From assembly GCA_963664115.2 (NCBI GenBank), contig CAXWPJ010000002.1, positions 576,001 through 640,000 of the forward strand: 64,000 nt of DNA, in the 5' to 3' direction. Position 1 is the stretch's first letter. Each line of letters opens with the position of its first letter. Made by a program: the position numbers and the translations under genes. Shown here in pieces: positions 9,528 through 18,922 of this stretch. The stretch is from Terriglobia bacterium. Its GTDB lineage: Bacteria; Acidobacteriota; Terriglobia; 20CM-2-55-15. Below the pieces are notes generated by a model. That model saw nothing but the letters and a program-made list of their open reading frames with translations. It did not search any database and was not told where the DNA came from.

Positions 9528-11183
9528 CTACAGACCCTTGTAGTCCGGTCCACCCCCCCCTTCGGGTGGGATCCAGTTGATGATCTGATAGGGGTCCATA
9601 ATGTCGCAGGTCTTGCAGTGGACGCAATTGGAAGCAGCAATCGCGAGGCGGGACTGCCCGTCCTCGTTGGTTTCCATGCTATAGACCGCAGCCGGACAGA
9701 AATACTGACACGGATTTCCATACTCCTCGGTACAGCGGGTGTGGCACAGATCGGGCTCAAGAACCACAAGGTGAACAGGCTGATCTTCTTCGTGCGCGGT
9801 TCCCGAGTTGTAGACGTCGGTCAACTTATCGAACGTTAACATCTGATCGAATTTCACTTCACTGTTCGGATCATACGAAGCTGGGAATTCCGGTCGCATG
9901 CACATGCGCTTGTGTCCAGGTTCACTGGCATACCGGTTCGAGAGGCCCCGCCCTCGGGTCAACATCTGTAAACCGGCGTGAAGCAGGCCTCTCCAAAGTC
10001 CTTTGTTAAATCCCTGGTGAAAGTTACGTACTTTCCATAGCTCGTCTTTGATCCAGCTGTCTTTGACCAACACCTCAAACCGCTGCATTCGGGAAGCCGA
10101 GTAATCATTCGACCGCATCGCTTCCAACGCCGCCTCCGCAGCGAGCATTCCACTCTTCAGAGCGAGGTGGATGCCCTTCAATCGCATTGAATTGAGGAGC
10201 CCTCCGGAATCACCCACGATCATGCCACCGGCGAAATAACATTGAGGCATCGCCCAGTATCCACCCTCAGGGATGGCTTTAGCGCCGTAAGCAACGAGCC
10301 GGCCACCCTCGATCGCACTCCTTACAAGAGGATGTTCCTTGAACTGCTGAAACTTACGGTGAGGATCCAGGAGCGGATCCTGGTAGTCGAGACCTACAAC
10401 GAGGCCAAGCGACACCTGGTCGCGATCCATGTTGTAGATGAACCCACCCCCAAATTCTTTTGACGCGAGCGGGAATCCCATGGTGTGAACGACCCGTCCC
10501 CGGTGCTCATCGGACCCGGGAACCTCCCACACTTCCTTGATCCCCACAGAGTAGACTTGTGGATTCCGGCCAACATCCAACCCGAAGCGTTCCACGAGCT
10601 GTTTTGTCAACGATCCCCGGGCGCCTTCGGCCAACACCGTCAATTTCGCGCGTATGTCGATACCTGGCTCGTAGTTCCCTTTCGCTTGGCCCTGACGATC
10701 AACGCCCTTGTCCCCGGTGCGGACGCCGACGACCTGACCGTTCTCAATCAACAATCCGGCCCCGGAAAAACCCGCAAATATATCGACATCGCTGTCTTCG
10801 ACAAGCTCTGCCAACCAAAGGACAAACTTGTTCAACGAGATGATGTAGTTGCCCGCATTGCGAAGCGGCGGCGGGATGATCGGCAGGCCCAGTTTCCACT
10901 TCCGGGTCAAATAGTAAACATGGTCCTCTTCGACCTTACTTTCGACAGGAGCACCTTTCGTTAACCAGTCGGGCATGAGTTCGTCTATCCCGCGTGGATC
11001 GAATACCGCTCCGGATATGATGTGCGCTCCGATCTCTTTGCCTTTTTCGAGAACAGCGATCGAAGCGTCTTTCCGTCCGCTCCGATCCAGCAGTTGCCTC
11101 AGGTGGTAGGCCACCGCCAGCCCTGCGGGCCCGGCGCCCACGACAAGAACGTCGAACTCGATGATTTCACGTTCAGGAGACAT
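9528..11183 (-). CDS. Electron transfer flavoprotein-ubiquinone oxidoreductase
   Basis: DVLVVGAGPAG FAD motif, GAHIISGA, KGIHLA, HEEDQPVHL, C-terminal 4Fe-4S CPAAVY...NCVHCKTCDI...PEGGGGP. Confidence 0.95.
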   Translation of the reverse strand: MSPEREIIEFDVLVVGAGPAGLAVAYHLRQLLDRSGRKDASIAVLEKGKEIGAHIISGAVFDPRGIDELMPDWLTKGAPVESKVEEDHVYYLTRKWKLGLPIIPPPLRNAGNYIISLNKFVLWLAELVEDSDVDIFAGFSGAGLLIENGQVVGVRTGDKGVDRQGQAKGNYEPGIDIRAKLTVLAEGARGSLTKQLVERFGLDVGRNPQVYSVGIKEVWEVPGSDEHRGRVVHTMGFPLASKEFGGGFIYNMDRDQVSLGLVVGLDYQDPLLDPHRKFQQFKEHPLVRSAIEGGRLVAYGAKAIPEGGYWAMPQCYFAGGMIVGDSGGLLNSMRLKGIHLALKSGMLAAEAALEAMRSNDYSASRMQRFEVLVKDSWIKDELWKVRNFHQGFNKGLWRGLLHAGLQMLTRGRGLSNRYASEPGHKRMCMRPEFPASYDPNSEVKFDQMLTFDKLTDVYNSGTAHEEDQPVHLVVLEPDLCHTRCTEEYGNPCQYFCPAAVYSMETNEDGQSRLAIAASNCVHCKTCDIMDPYQIINWIPPEGGGGPDYKGL

Positions 11184-11260
11184 GGAAGCAGGATAGCAAA
11201 CCGGGAAAGCTCCGGAACAGAACGACCGAGTTTAGGTATCCGGCGTCGATTCCGCAGTCG

Positions 11261-12505
11261 TTAGTTGAAACGTTTAAAGAGAAGAGCGGCGTTGGTGCCA
11301 CCAAATCCGAAAGAATTCGACAACACGTACTCGAGATTGGCATCCCGGCTTTCATTGGGAACGTAGTCCAGGTCGCAGTCGGGATCCGGATTTTCGTAAT
11401 TGATCGTCGGCGGTATGACCTGGTCCTGGAGCGCAAGTACACTGATCCCGGCTTCGACGGCTCCCGCCGCACCCAAAAGGTGTCCGATCATAGACTTGGT
11501 CGAGCTGACTGGGATCCCTCCCGCACTGTCCCCGAACAAGCGTTTGATGGCCATCGTTTCCAGGCGGTCGTTAGGAGGTGTGGACGTGCCGTGGGCGTTA
11601 ATGTAGCTAACTTTATCGGGCGAAACGTCCGCGCTCTTCAGAGCGTTCTGCATCACCCGGTAGCCACCATTTCCATCGTCCGATGGGAGCGTAATGTGAA
11701 AGGCATCGCCACTCATGCCATATCCGATAATTTCGGCAAGAATGGGAGCGCCGCGCTTCTTCGCCATTTCGAGCTCTTCCAGAATTAGAATCCCGGAACC
11801 TTCACCCATCACGAAACCGTCCCGCTCGAGATCGAAAGGTCGGGAGGCCCGTTCGGGCTCGTCATTACGACTGGAAAGAGCCCGCATGGCAGCAAATCCA
11901 CCGATGCCCATCGGGGTAATTGCTGATTCAGAGCCCCCGGCAATCATGATGTCGGCACCGTCTCGACGGATCAACTCGTATGCATCGCCGACTGCATGCG
12001 CGCCCGAGGAACATGCCGTGCACGGTGCAGCGTTGGGACCTCTGGCTCCGAAGCGAATGGAAACCTGTCCGGCCGCCAGATTAATGATGCTGGATGGTAT
12101 AAAAAACGGGGAGATCTTGCGCGGGCCGCCCCGTATGAGGTTGTAGTGTTCCCGCTCGATAATGTTAAATCCACCAATGCCGGAACCGATGAATACTCCG
12201 GATCTTTCGGAAAGCTCCGACGTTATTTCCAGACCTGACCGTTCCATCGCAAACGCGGAGGCGGCTATCGCACAATGGATAAACCTATCCATCTTCTTGA
12301 CTTCTTTCTTCTCGATCCAGTTGAGAGGATCAAAACCACTCAGCTCTGCCGCGATCTTTGTGGAAAATTGTGTCGTGTCGAATTGGGTGATCTGAGTGAC
12401 TCCGCTTCGACCCGCACGCAGACCTTCCCAGCTCGCATCTGTTCCGATACCGAGCGCGGTGACAAGTCCGACACCAGTGACAACGACTCTCCTCTCCAAG
12501 GTCAA
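11261..12505 (-). CDS. fabF: Beta-ketoacyl-ACP synthase II
   Basis: RRVVVTG, TACSSG, NAHGTST, KSMIGHLLGAAG, SNSFGFGGTN. Confidence 0.97.
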   Translation of the reverse strand: MTLERRVVVTGVGLVTALGIGTDASWEGLRAGRSGVTQITQFDTTQFSTKIAAELSGFDPLNWIEKKEVKKMDRFIHCAIAASAFAMERSGLEITSELSERSGVFIGSGIGGFNIIEREHYNLIRGGPRKISPFFIPSSIINLAAGQVSIRFGARGPNAAPCTACSSGAHAVGDAYELIRRDGADIMIAGGSESAITPMGIGGFAAMRALSSRNDEPERASRPFDLERDGFVMGEGSGILILEELEMAKKRGAPILAEIIGYGMSGDAFHITLPSDDGNGGYRVMQNALKSADVSPDKVSYINAHGTSTPPNDRLETMAIKRLFGDSAGGIPVSSTKSMIGHLLGAAGAVEAGISVLALQDQVIPPTINYENPDPDCDLDYVPNESRDANLEYVLSNSFGFGGTNAALLFKRFN

Positions 12506-12521
12506 TAGCCTCCGAAACCGC

Positions 12522-12767
12522 TTACTTTTTGGGCCCGTGAGCTTCGATGTAATCTATCGCTTCCTTCACGGTGGTGATCTTTTCAGCGGCATCGTCTGGA
12601 ATCTCAATCCCAAACCCCTCTTCCAGCGCCATGACCAACTCCACCGTATCCAGGGAATCTGCTCCCAGGTCATCGATGAACGAAGCCGTGGGTGTGACCT
12701 CCGATTCGTCGACACTCAACTGTTCGACGATTATCGCTTTGACTTTTTCTTCAACCGAAGAAGACAT
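12522..12767 (-). CDS. acpP: Acyl carrier protein
   Basis: [18 protein letters not shown]. Confidence 0.97.
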   Translation of the reverse strand: MSSSVEEKVKAIIVEQLSVDESEVTPTASFIDDLGADSLDTVELVMALEEGFGIEIPDDAAEKITTVKEAIDYIEAHGPKK

Positions 12768-12867
12768 TTATACAACCTCCGTCTTTCAAATGATTCTCAA
12801 TACGCACCTTAGAAGCGAGAAACTCGGAGCAGAACAACGAGGGCCCGATGAACCCGTGAAGTCCTCT

Positions 12868-13815
12868 TCACTGTAGAGTGTGCAGAGTGGCCAAGGCCTG
12901 GTCCAGCGAAGCCTCGTCCTCTGCGTTTAGCATTGTAACCGACTTTTCGATGGAACGAAGCAGCCCCGTCAGGACCTTACCCGGCCCAACTTCGATAAAC
13001 GTGTCGACTCCCGAATCGAGAAGAAATCGCACGGTCTCATACCAACGGACCGGCCTGGAAGTCTGTCTCCGCACCGCCTCGCGTGCTTCGGAACCGGTCC
13101 GAACCTCCTCGGCGTCTACGTTCGTCACGATGGGAAACCGCAGGTCTCCGAAATCGATACCATCCAGATCTTCAGACAGGCGCTTCTGGGCTGGCAGCAT
13201 CAGACTGCAATGGAATGGCGCACTCACCGGGAGTAGCAATGCTCTACGGGCACCGGCGCTCTTGGCCGCATCAATGGCTCGTTCGACGGCTGGCCGATGG
13301 CCGGCAATTACGATCTGGGTCAGCGAATTGAAATTGGCTGGCGTCACCACCTCCGATTCCTGGACGCGCTCGCAAACGGAGCGAACCTCATCGGAATCGA
13401 GTCCAAGTATTGCCGCCATCGCACCCTCGCCCACGGGAACGGCTTCCTGCATGTAACGTCCACGATTTCTCACCAGGGACACGGCACTCGCAAAATCGAG
13501 TGAGCCCGCAGCAACCAGGGCGCTGTACTCGCCAAGGCTATGCCCCGCGACAAAATCCGGCACGACACCGCGTTCCGATAGGACGCGGAAAGCCCCCACG
13601 GCGGTCGTCAATAGAGCCGGTTGCGTGTTTTCGGTAAGCTTCAGCTCTTCCTCGGGACCCTCAAAGCACAGCTTGGATATGGGAAAGCCCAGTGTCTTAT
13701 CCGCTTCCCCGAACAGGGCGGCCACAGATGGAAAGCTCCCGGCCAGATCCCGGCCCATGCCTGCGTACTGGGCCCCTTGACCCGGAAACATGAGAGCGAT
13801 TTTGCGGGATGCCAT
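12868..13815 (-). CDS. fabD: Malonyl-CoA:ACP transacylase
   Basis: FPGQGAQ, TQPAL, AGHSLGEY, VSAPFHC, EVGPGKVL. Confidence 0.97.
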   Translation of the reverse strand: MASRKIALMFPGQGAQYAGMGRDLAGSFPSVAALFGEADKTLGFPISKLCFEGPEEELKLTENTQPALLTTAVGAFRVLSERGVVPDFVAGHSLGEYSALVAAGSLDFASAVSLVRNRGRYMQEAVPVGEGAMAAILGLDSDEVRSVCERVQESEVVTPANFNSLTQIVIAGHRPAVERAIDAAKSAGARRALLLPVSAPFHCSLMLPAQKRLSEDLDGIDFGDLRFPIVTNVDAEEVRTGSEAREAVRRQTSRPVRWYETVRFLLDSGVDTFIEVGPGKVLTGLLRSIEKSVTMLNAEDEASLDQALATLHTLQ

Positions 13816-13848
13816 GTAAAGGATGTAAAGAAAAACGGCGGGTTGGCG

Positions 13849-14925
13849 TTAACTGATGACGCCGGAGCGATACACCTTAGTATCACTCTCGACGGCTTGT
13901 TCTGGATTGGAAGGGGCCGGCTTTGTCAGGCCTAGCTTATGAAACTCCCGCTCGAACTCTTCGTTGACATTTTGTTCGCAGAACTCGTGGGCCACTCGAA
14001 TTGCGTTCTTTATCGCATTCGCGTTCGACCGTCCGTGACAGATGATGCCGATTCCCTTGATGCCCAGCAGTGGAGCGCCCCCGTATTCGGAATAGTCCAT
14101 TCGGCGGCTGAATTGCTGAAACGCCTTCTGGGCGAGAATGTAACCGACCTTTGCCGAAAGCGTCCGCCGAAGCTCGTCCCCCAGCATTGTCGTTACAGTT
14201 TCTATGAGACCCTCACTCAACTTGAGTGCGACGTTTCCTATGAAACCGTCGCAGACGATGACATCAACCTCACCCTTGAAAATTTCTCTACCTTCGACGT
14301 TGCCAACAAAGTTCAGCGGAGCCTGTTTCAAAGTCTTGAAGACTTCCTTCGTCAGTTCATTCCCTTTCGAATCTTCCTCGCCGATGGACAACAATCCGAT
14401 TCGCGGGCGGCGAATGCCGAATATGAAACGCGAATATATGTCCCCCATGATCGCGAACTGCACCAGATGTAAAGGTTTGCAATCAACATTCGCACCCACA
14501 TCGAGCAGGATCGAGGGTTTTCCCTTCTGCGTCGGCAGAACGGTTGATAGGGCCGGCCGGTCCACCACCGAAAGCGAGCCTGCGACGACCTTGGTCGCCG
14601 CCATCACGGCGCCCGTGTTTCCGGCACTGACGACACCGGAAACGCGGCCCTCACTCATCAGGTTGGCGATGATACGAATTGAAGAATCTTTTTTCCGGCG
14701 GAGCGGGCTCATCGCAGATTCTTCCATACCAACAACCTCGCTGGCATGGTGGACATCGATGGACAGGCCGGAAGTCTCGTGGTTGCCGAGCGCCATTTCA
14801 ATCGGTTTCGACTGGCCTACAAGCACGACATGAACGCCGTATTCGGCCGCGGCAAGCACGGCGCCTTCGACTTCCACTGCCGGAGCATGATCGCTCCCCA
14901 TTGCGTCGACTGCGATTTTGATCAC
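13849..14925 (-). CDS. plsX: Phosphate acyltransferase PlsX
   Basis: IAVDAMGSD, SAGNTGA, LDVGAN, VCDGFIGN, GGAPLLG..HG. Confidence 0.97.
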   Translation of the reverse strand: MIKIAVDAMGSDHAPAVEVEGAVLAAAEYGVHVVLVGQSKPIEMALGNHETSGLSIDVHHASEVVGMEESAMSPLRRKKDSSIRIIANLMSEGRVSGVVSAGNTGAVMAATKVVAGSLSVVDRPALSTVLPTQKGKPSILLDVGANVDCKPLHLVQFAIMGDIYSRFIFGIRRPRIGLLSIGEEDSKGNELTKEVFKTLKQAPLNFVGNVEGREIFKGEVDVIVCDGFIGNVALKLSEGLIETVTTMLGDELRRTLSAKVGYILAQKAFQQFSRRMDYSEYGGAPLLGIKGIGIICHGRSNANAIKNAIRVAHEFCEQNVNEEFEREFHKLGLTKPAPSNPEQAVESDTKVYRSGVIS

Positions 14926-14934
14926 GGGATAGAT

Positions 14935-15117
14935 TTATTCTTCGGCGGTCTCTATGACTTCACGGCCTTTGTAATAGCCACAGTGAGGACAGGCACGATG
15001 GGGCTGCCTTATCTCGTGACAGTTGGAGCATTCCGCAAGCGCGGGCAACGTCAAAGAGTCATGAGTGCGCCGTTTGTTCTTGCGCGATTTTGAATGTCTA
15101 CGTTTTGGATTTGGCAT
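14935..15117 (-). CDS. rpmF: 50S ribosomal protein L32 (Zn-binding C+ form)
   Basis: MPNPKRRHSKSR..RR, CSNC...CPHCGYYKGR. Confidence 0.97.
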   Translation of the reverse strand: MPNPKRRHSKSRKNKRRTHDSLTLPALAECSNCHEIRQPHRACPHCGYYKGREVIETAEE

Positions 15118-15138
15118 GACTTAGTTATTAACTCCGAC

Positions 15139-15786
15139 TCAACTGGGATTCTCCAACTGCTTCTTAAACTCTCTAAGAACTTCGAACGCCGGATTGATCC
15201 CCCGAAGGGAACATTCACAAGTATCTTCGTTCAGGTGGATTCCACAGACCGCACACAGTCCACGGCAATCCGCGCGACACAGCGGCTTCATTGGAAGCGC
15301 GAGCAACACCTGCTCCTGCATGATCTCGTTCAACGGCAACTCAGAACCGGTCACAAACGACGTCTGCGTTTCGGATTCTTTCAATTCGATGTCTTCGTGT
15401 TCGGCGTAGATCAGACTTTCGCGTTGCTGGAAGAACACGTCGAACTCTCTTCGAACCGCCTGTCGAACCGGATTGAGACACCTCACGCACTCCAGTTCCA
15501 GCTCGGTCACCACTTCTCCGGACAGGCGGAAATTGGAACCCTTCCGCTCTATGAATCCCGACCAGTCCAGCGGTTTGATCTGCCGAATTCCAATTTCGGC
15601 AAAATCCAACTCGCCGGGTGCCAGAGACCCTTCGAGAAGCAATCGCTCCGTAGGGAGATCAACCAGATCGATATTTACGGCGCCGGAAAAGCGCTGACGA
15701 TCGGGAGAAGTCCTGGATTTCACGTTCACTCTACAAACCCCTGAAACGAAGCCCAGCCCGGTCAATCCCTGCTGATCTGTCGACAC
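15139..15786 (-). CDS. YceD/DUF177 family protein
   Basis: ECVRCL, EQVLLALPMKPLCRADCRGLCAVCG, canonical position before rpmF; true start uncertain (GTG at 15786, 15729 or 15723). Confidence 0.9.
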   Translation of the reverse strand: MSTDQQGLTGLGFVSGVCRVNVKSRTSPDRQRFSGAVNIDLVDLPTERLLLEGSLAPGELDFAEIGIRQIKPLDWSGFIERKGSNFRLSGEVVTELELECVRCLNPVRQAVRREFDVFFQQRESLIYAEHEDIELKESETQTSFVTGSELPLNEIMQEQVLLALPMKPLCRADCRGLCAVCGIHLNEDTCECSLRGINPAFEVLREFKKQLENPS

Positions 15787-15793
15787 AACGCGA

Positions 15794-16501
15794 TCAGGAG
15801 GGTTCCTCGGCGGATTCGACGAGCGTCAACCGTCTCAGCGCACGGTCCGCGTCCTCACGGTACGGCGAATTGGGATAATCGCCCACCACAGATTGGTAGT
15901 ACGCTCGCGCCTCGTCGGGCATCGATGTTGCCTCATGGAGCCGTCCCAGTTCGTATAGAACTGCGCTCTTCGAATAGCCTCCTGAATCGGCTAGCTCCTG
16001 ATAAACCTCGATCGCACGCTCCAAATTGTCCTGCTTCTTATAGGACTCCGCCAACGCGACACGCGCAACCTGGTTGACCATTTCGTCGCCCGATTCAACC
16101 AACTCGGTGAGGATCGCAATCGCCTGGTCGGAATCCCCCAGTCCTTCATGACTCAGACCGGCATAGTACCGGGCGATCTGGGCCGCAGGCTGATCGGGAT
16201 GGTCGGCCTCAACACGGGCCGCTTCTACCAAAGTGGCCTGGAATCTTGACTCATCGGTGGTGTCTTCAGTGACTGTCGAGTAAATCCGGATGACTTCGGC
16301 CAGTGCGTTCTGGGCTGCTGCTTCGCGATTCGCCGCGGTCACGTTTAAGACGATGACAACCGTAATGCCGACCACCACAGCGCCCACTGCGATGGCGATG
16401 GGCTTTCCATGTTCCACAACATAGGTGGTCGACCGCTCCAGAACCGACGTGATCTCATCCTTCTGGACAATTTCTTTCCGAGTCAACCTCTTGCGTGCCA
16501 A
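15794..16501 (-). CDS. Membrane-anchored TPR protein (YfgM-like)
   Basis: Basic N-terminus RKRLTRKEIV.KD, one TM helix, TPR-like helices ending in DYPNSPY; SD GAGGAGG. Confidence 0.75.
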   Translation of the reverse strand: MARKRLTRKEIVQKDEITSVLERSTTYVVEHGKPIAIAVGAVVVGITVVIVLNVTAANREAAAQNALAEVIRIYSTVTEDTTDESRFQATLVEAARVEADHPDQPAAQIARYYAGLSHEGLGDSDQAIAILTELVESGDEMVNQVARVALAESYKKQDNLERAIEVYQELADSGGYSKSAVLYELGRLHEATSMPDEARAYYQSVVGDYPNSPYREDADRALRRLTLVESAEEPS

Positions 16502-16714
16502 CGGACTGACCTCCTCGGCCTACAAACAACAGTTACCAGACTGCAATCGATTCCAAACCTATTGATTTTAAGCTAGCAATGGGACAAACACAAGCCAGGC
16601 TGACCGCGCCCGGGCTTTCCCATCTTTTCCAATTAACTGACTCATAATCTCAGTTCTCAAACGTCTAATTTATGACTCGGCCGACAAAACGAAACTGAAG
16701 CGACAGAGGGTAGG

Positions 16715-16900
16715 ATGCAAAGGACCGGCAAGACCTGCGAACAACAAGGCTTCTATCGATCGAACGACTGCGGCTATGAAACCGAAATCCTTGAGGGACA
16801 AGAGTTTCCTGAGTGCCCGGTCCACGACCGGCCCGCAACTTGGACCCTCATCAAAGCGACGGTTCGAGCCCGAAAGCGGAGAGCGAAATCAGCACGATGA
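16715..16900 (+). CDS. Small Cys-containing protein, YjzC-like / Zn-ribbon-like
   Basis: TGKTCEQQGFYRSNDCG...GQEFPECPVH..ATWTL pattern; G-rich SD immediately upstream. Confidence 0.6.
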   Translation: MQRTGKTCEQQGFYRSNDCGYETEILEGQEFPECPVHDRPATWTLIKATVRARKRRAKSAR

Positions 16901-16910
16901 CTGTTTAGCG

Positions 16911-16947
16911 ATGACCCCGGAAGGACTCGAACCTCCGACCTCCGGTT
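16911..16947 (-). other. Displaced tRNA-Arg 3' half (att-like direct repeat)
   Basis: 33/37 identity to 17881-17917; covers the anticodon 3' arm, T-arm and acceptor 3' strand only. Confidence 0.85.
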
Positions 16948-16989
16948 CCCTCTTCCTCCACTCTCACGGATAGATTAGCCAGGGGATGC

Positions 16990-17826
16990 TTATTGCTTGC
17001 CCTCATCGCGCTCCAGCTTTATTGCCCTGACGAGGTATTCGAAAGCAATCTTAGACTTGACGAACACATCGACCGATTCCTCGTCCGTTTTCAAATCGAG
17101 AGCATCACTGAACAGGTCGCAGAGCGGGTCCAGTGGATCCTGAGCTCTTGACTCAAGGGGCGGGGACACCATCTTGGATACCCACTCGATTTTCTGCTTC
17201 GCACCGTTCGAACTTCTTACTTCTTCCCAGTCTCGCAGTTCCTCATCCGATGCGTCAGCGTTTCGAGCCGCTTCGGCGCCCTGTTCCAGCATGCCGTCCA
17301 GTGTATGTCCGACAACCCGGCGCAAGTAAGATACGGCTCCGATGCCGAAATTCGAGTTCCGGTTACTCAGCGCTTGCCGATAAAGTTTCAGGTCAGAATC
17401 CGACAGCAAGTTCGAAATTTCACGGGAAACATCGAGGAAGTAGTGAAGAGGCGGGTACTGGCCAATTTTCTGAAACAGACCACCCTCCTCCGTCAGATAC
17501 CAGTAAAACGTAAAATAAACCTCTCGCCGATCGCAAACCTGGCACTTGTAGATAGCGTCGTGGGGTTCGGTGTTGAGGTAAATCCGACCCTCCGCGCCCA
17601 CTCCGCCTCCCGTCCGTCTCCAACGCTGTTCGGTTTTGCAGGTCTTACAGGGAAGAATAATCTCTTGAGGGAGGACTCCGAAAGTCGCGTCCTCTGAGTC
17701 GAGGAAGTGCCTGTCCTGTTCGCTATATTCAAATCGTCTGTATAGAGGCCAGGACTGAAGCACTTCGATCAGCCCCTCCGTTAATTCACGAAAGACTTCA
17801 AGTCCGTCCGGCATCTGCTGCGTCAT
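16990..17826 (-). CDS. Hypothetical protein, N-terminal Zn-ribbon (2 x CxxC) plus DUF4145/HEPN-like helical domain
   Basis: CKTC, CQVC, KIGQYPP, LYRQAL..NSNFGIGAVSYLRRVV; sole cargo of the tRNA islet; family assignment from recalled similarity only. Confidence 0.6.
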   Translation of the reverse strand: MTQQMPDGLEVFRELTEGLIEVLQSWPLYRRFEYSEQDRHFLDSEDATFGVLPQEIILPCKTCKTEQRWRRTGGGVGAEGRIYLNTEPHDAIYKCQVCDRREVYFTFYWYLTEEGGLFQKIGQYPPLHYFLDVSREISNLLSDSDLKLYRQALSNRNSNFGIGAVSYLRRVVGHTLDGMLEQGAEAARNADASDEELRDWEEVRSSNGAKQKIEWVSKMVSPPLESRAQDPLDPLCDLFSDALDLKTDEESVDVFVKSKIAFEYLVRAIKLERDEGKQ

Positions 17827-17881
17827 GAGTTCTCTATTAACTTCTGGCTCTTCATGGCCCCTTTTCCTTCTATATTCCGCA

Positions 17882-17955
17882 TGACCCTGGGCGGACTCGA
17901 ACCGCCGACCTCCGGTTTAGGAAACCGCTGCTCTATCCACCTGAGCTACAGGGCC
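17882..17955 (-). tRNA. tRNA-Arg (anticodon CCT), CCA not encoded
   Basis: Minus strand GGCCCTGTAGCTCAGGTGGATAGAGCAGCGGTTTCCTAAACCGGAGGTCGGCGGTTCGAGTCCGCCCAGGGTCA folds as a cloverleaf; anticodon loop TTCCTAA. Confidence 0.95.
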
Positions 17956-18082
17956 GTATCGTAATTCTAGCAAGTTACGGAAACTTTTCGGGAGCGTCTG
18001 GGCCCCTTGTGCCCTCAATTGTGCCTAGACAGTCCCCGGAATTGGACGGGCCCGCGTCCATGCTAATCGGAGGTAACGCAAT

Positions 18083-18415
18083 ATGGTAACTTCCCACGAG
18101 ACTTTGGCAAACCTACCGGCTCAGCTCTACAAATACTCCAGTCTCCAAGAAAAACGTGCGGACTGGATTGAACAACTGTTAGTCGACGGAAGGCTATATT
18201 TCCCCAGACCAGCTCAGTTCAACGATCCCCTTGATTGTCGCATTCCCCCAACCTTTGAAGCATCAGAGCTGAAGATGCTGACCCCGACCCAACCGAGCCA
18301 CACTAACAGCCGAAACCACCCGTACCACGCAAACATACCCAAAGCCGTGGACAGAGGGAATTGCCAAATTCTGGACAGAGGCATACCGTTAAGCGTCACG
18401 TCGATGAGAGCATAG
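18083..18415 (+). pseudogene. Truncated DUF2971-like protein (N-terminal fragment)
   Basis: LYKYS...LYFPRPAQFNDPLDC motif then loss of recognisable similarity after about 18270; SD GGAGG. Confidence 0.55.
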
Positions 18416-18523
18416 GGGCCTTAAAGGCAGGAAGGGTATGCGGTGAATCTCTTCAATCGAGCGGAGGGTTCGCGCTCCGGAATCCTAGGTCGTTATTGCA
18501 GGGTACTTGGCCGTCTTTTTCTC

Positions 18524-18922
18524 CTAAAAGAATTTCACTGTATACGAGAACCGGACGCCGCGCCCGATTTCCGGCGCGAGATCCTTGATGAAGCTCACGT
18601 GATTCCGGTACAGCGTATCGCCGATGTTGAAAACCGCCATGGCGAGGTGATGCGAGAAGTGCTGCCGGGGAATTGTGTACGACGCTTTCAGGTTTGCGAC
18701 GGTGTAGCCGGAGGTGGGTGTTTCGGTCGTGAAGACATCACGACGCGCGTCGGCCATCACGATCTCAGGCTTAATGCTCAAGCCGCCATAGACAATCTCC
18801 AAGCCGACGGTTCCGCGGAGGGGAGGGATGCGCGGAAGAGGCAGCGAGCTCTGCCTGAGTTTGGTATCCACCGAGTCCAGAGCTAGGTTGAACCAAAGGT
18901 TCTCATGAACTCCGATGTCTAG
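18524..18922 (-). pseudogene. C-terminal fragment of a TonB-dependent receptor (ZnuD-like), cut by IS1380
   Basis: LPRIPPLR, TPTSGY, NIGDTLYRNHVSFIKDLAPEIGR, C-terminal YTVKFF; frame stays open (LDIGVHENLWFNL) up to the CTAG at the IS end. Confidence 0.8.

Noticed and set aside
16911-16985. Second complete tRNA gene
   Set aside because: Similarity stops at the anticodon loop; no D-arm or 5' acceptor strand
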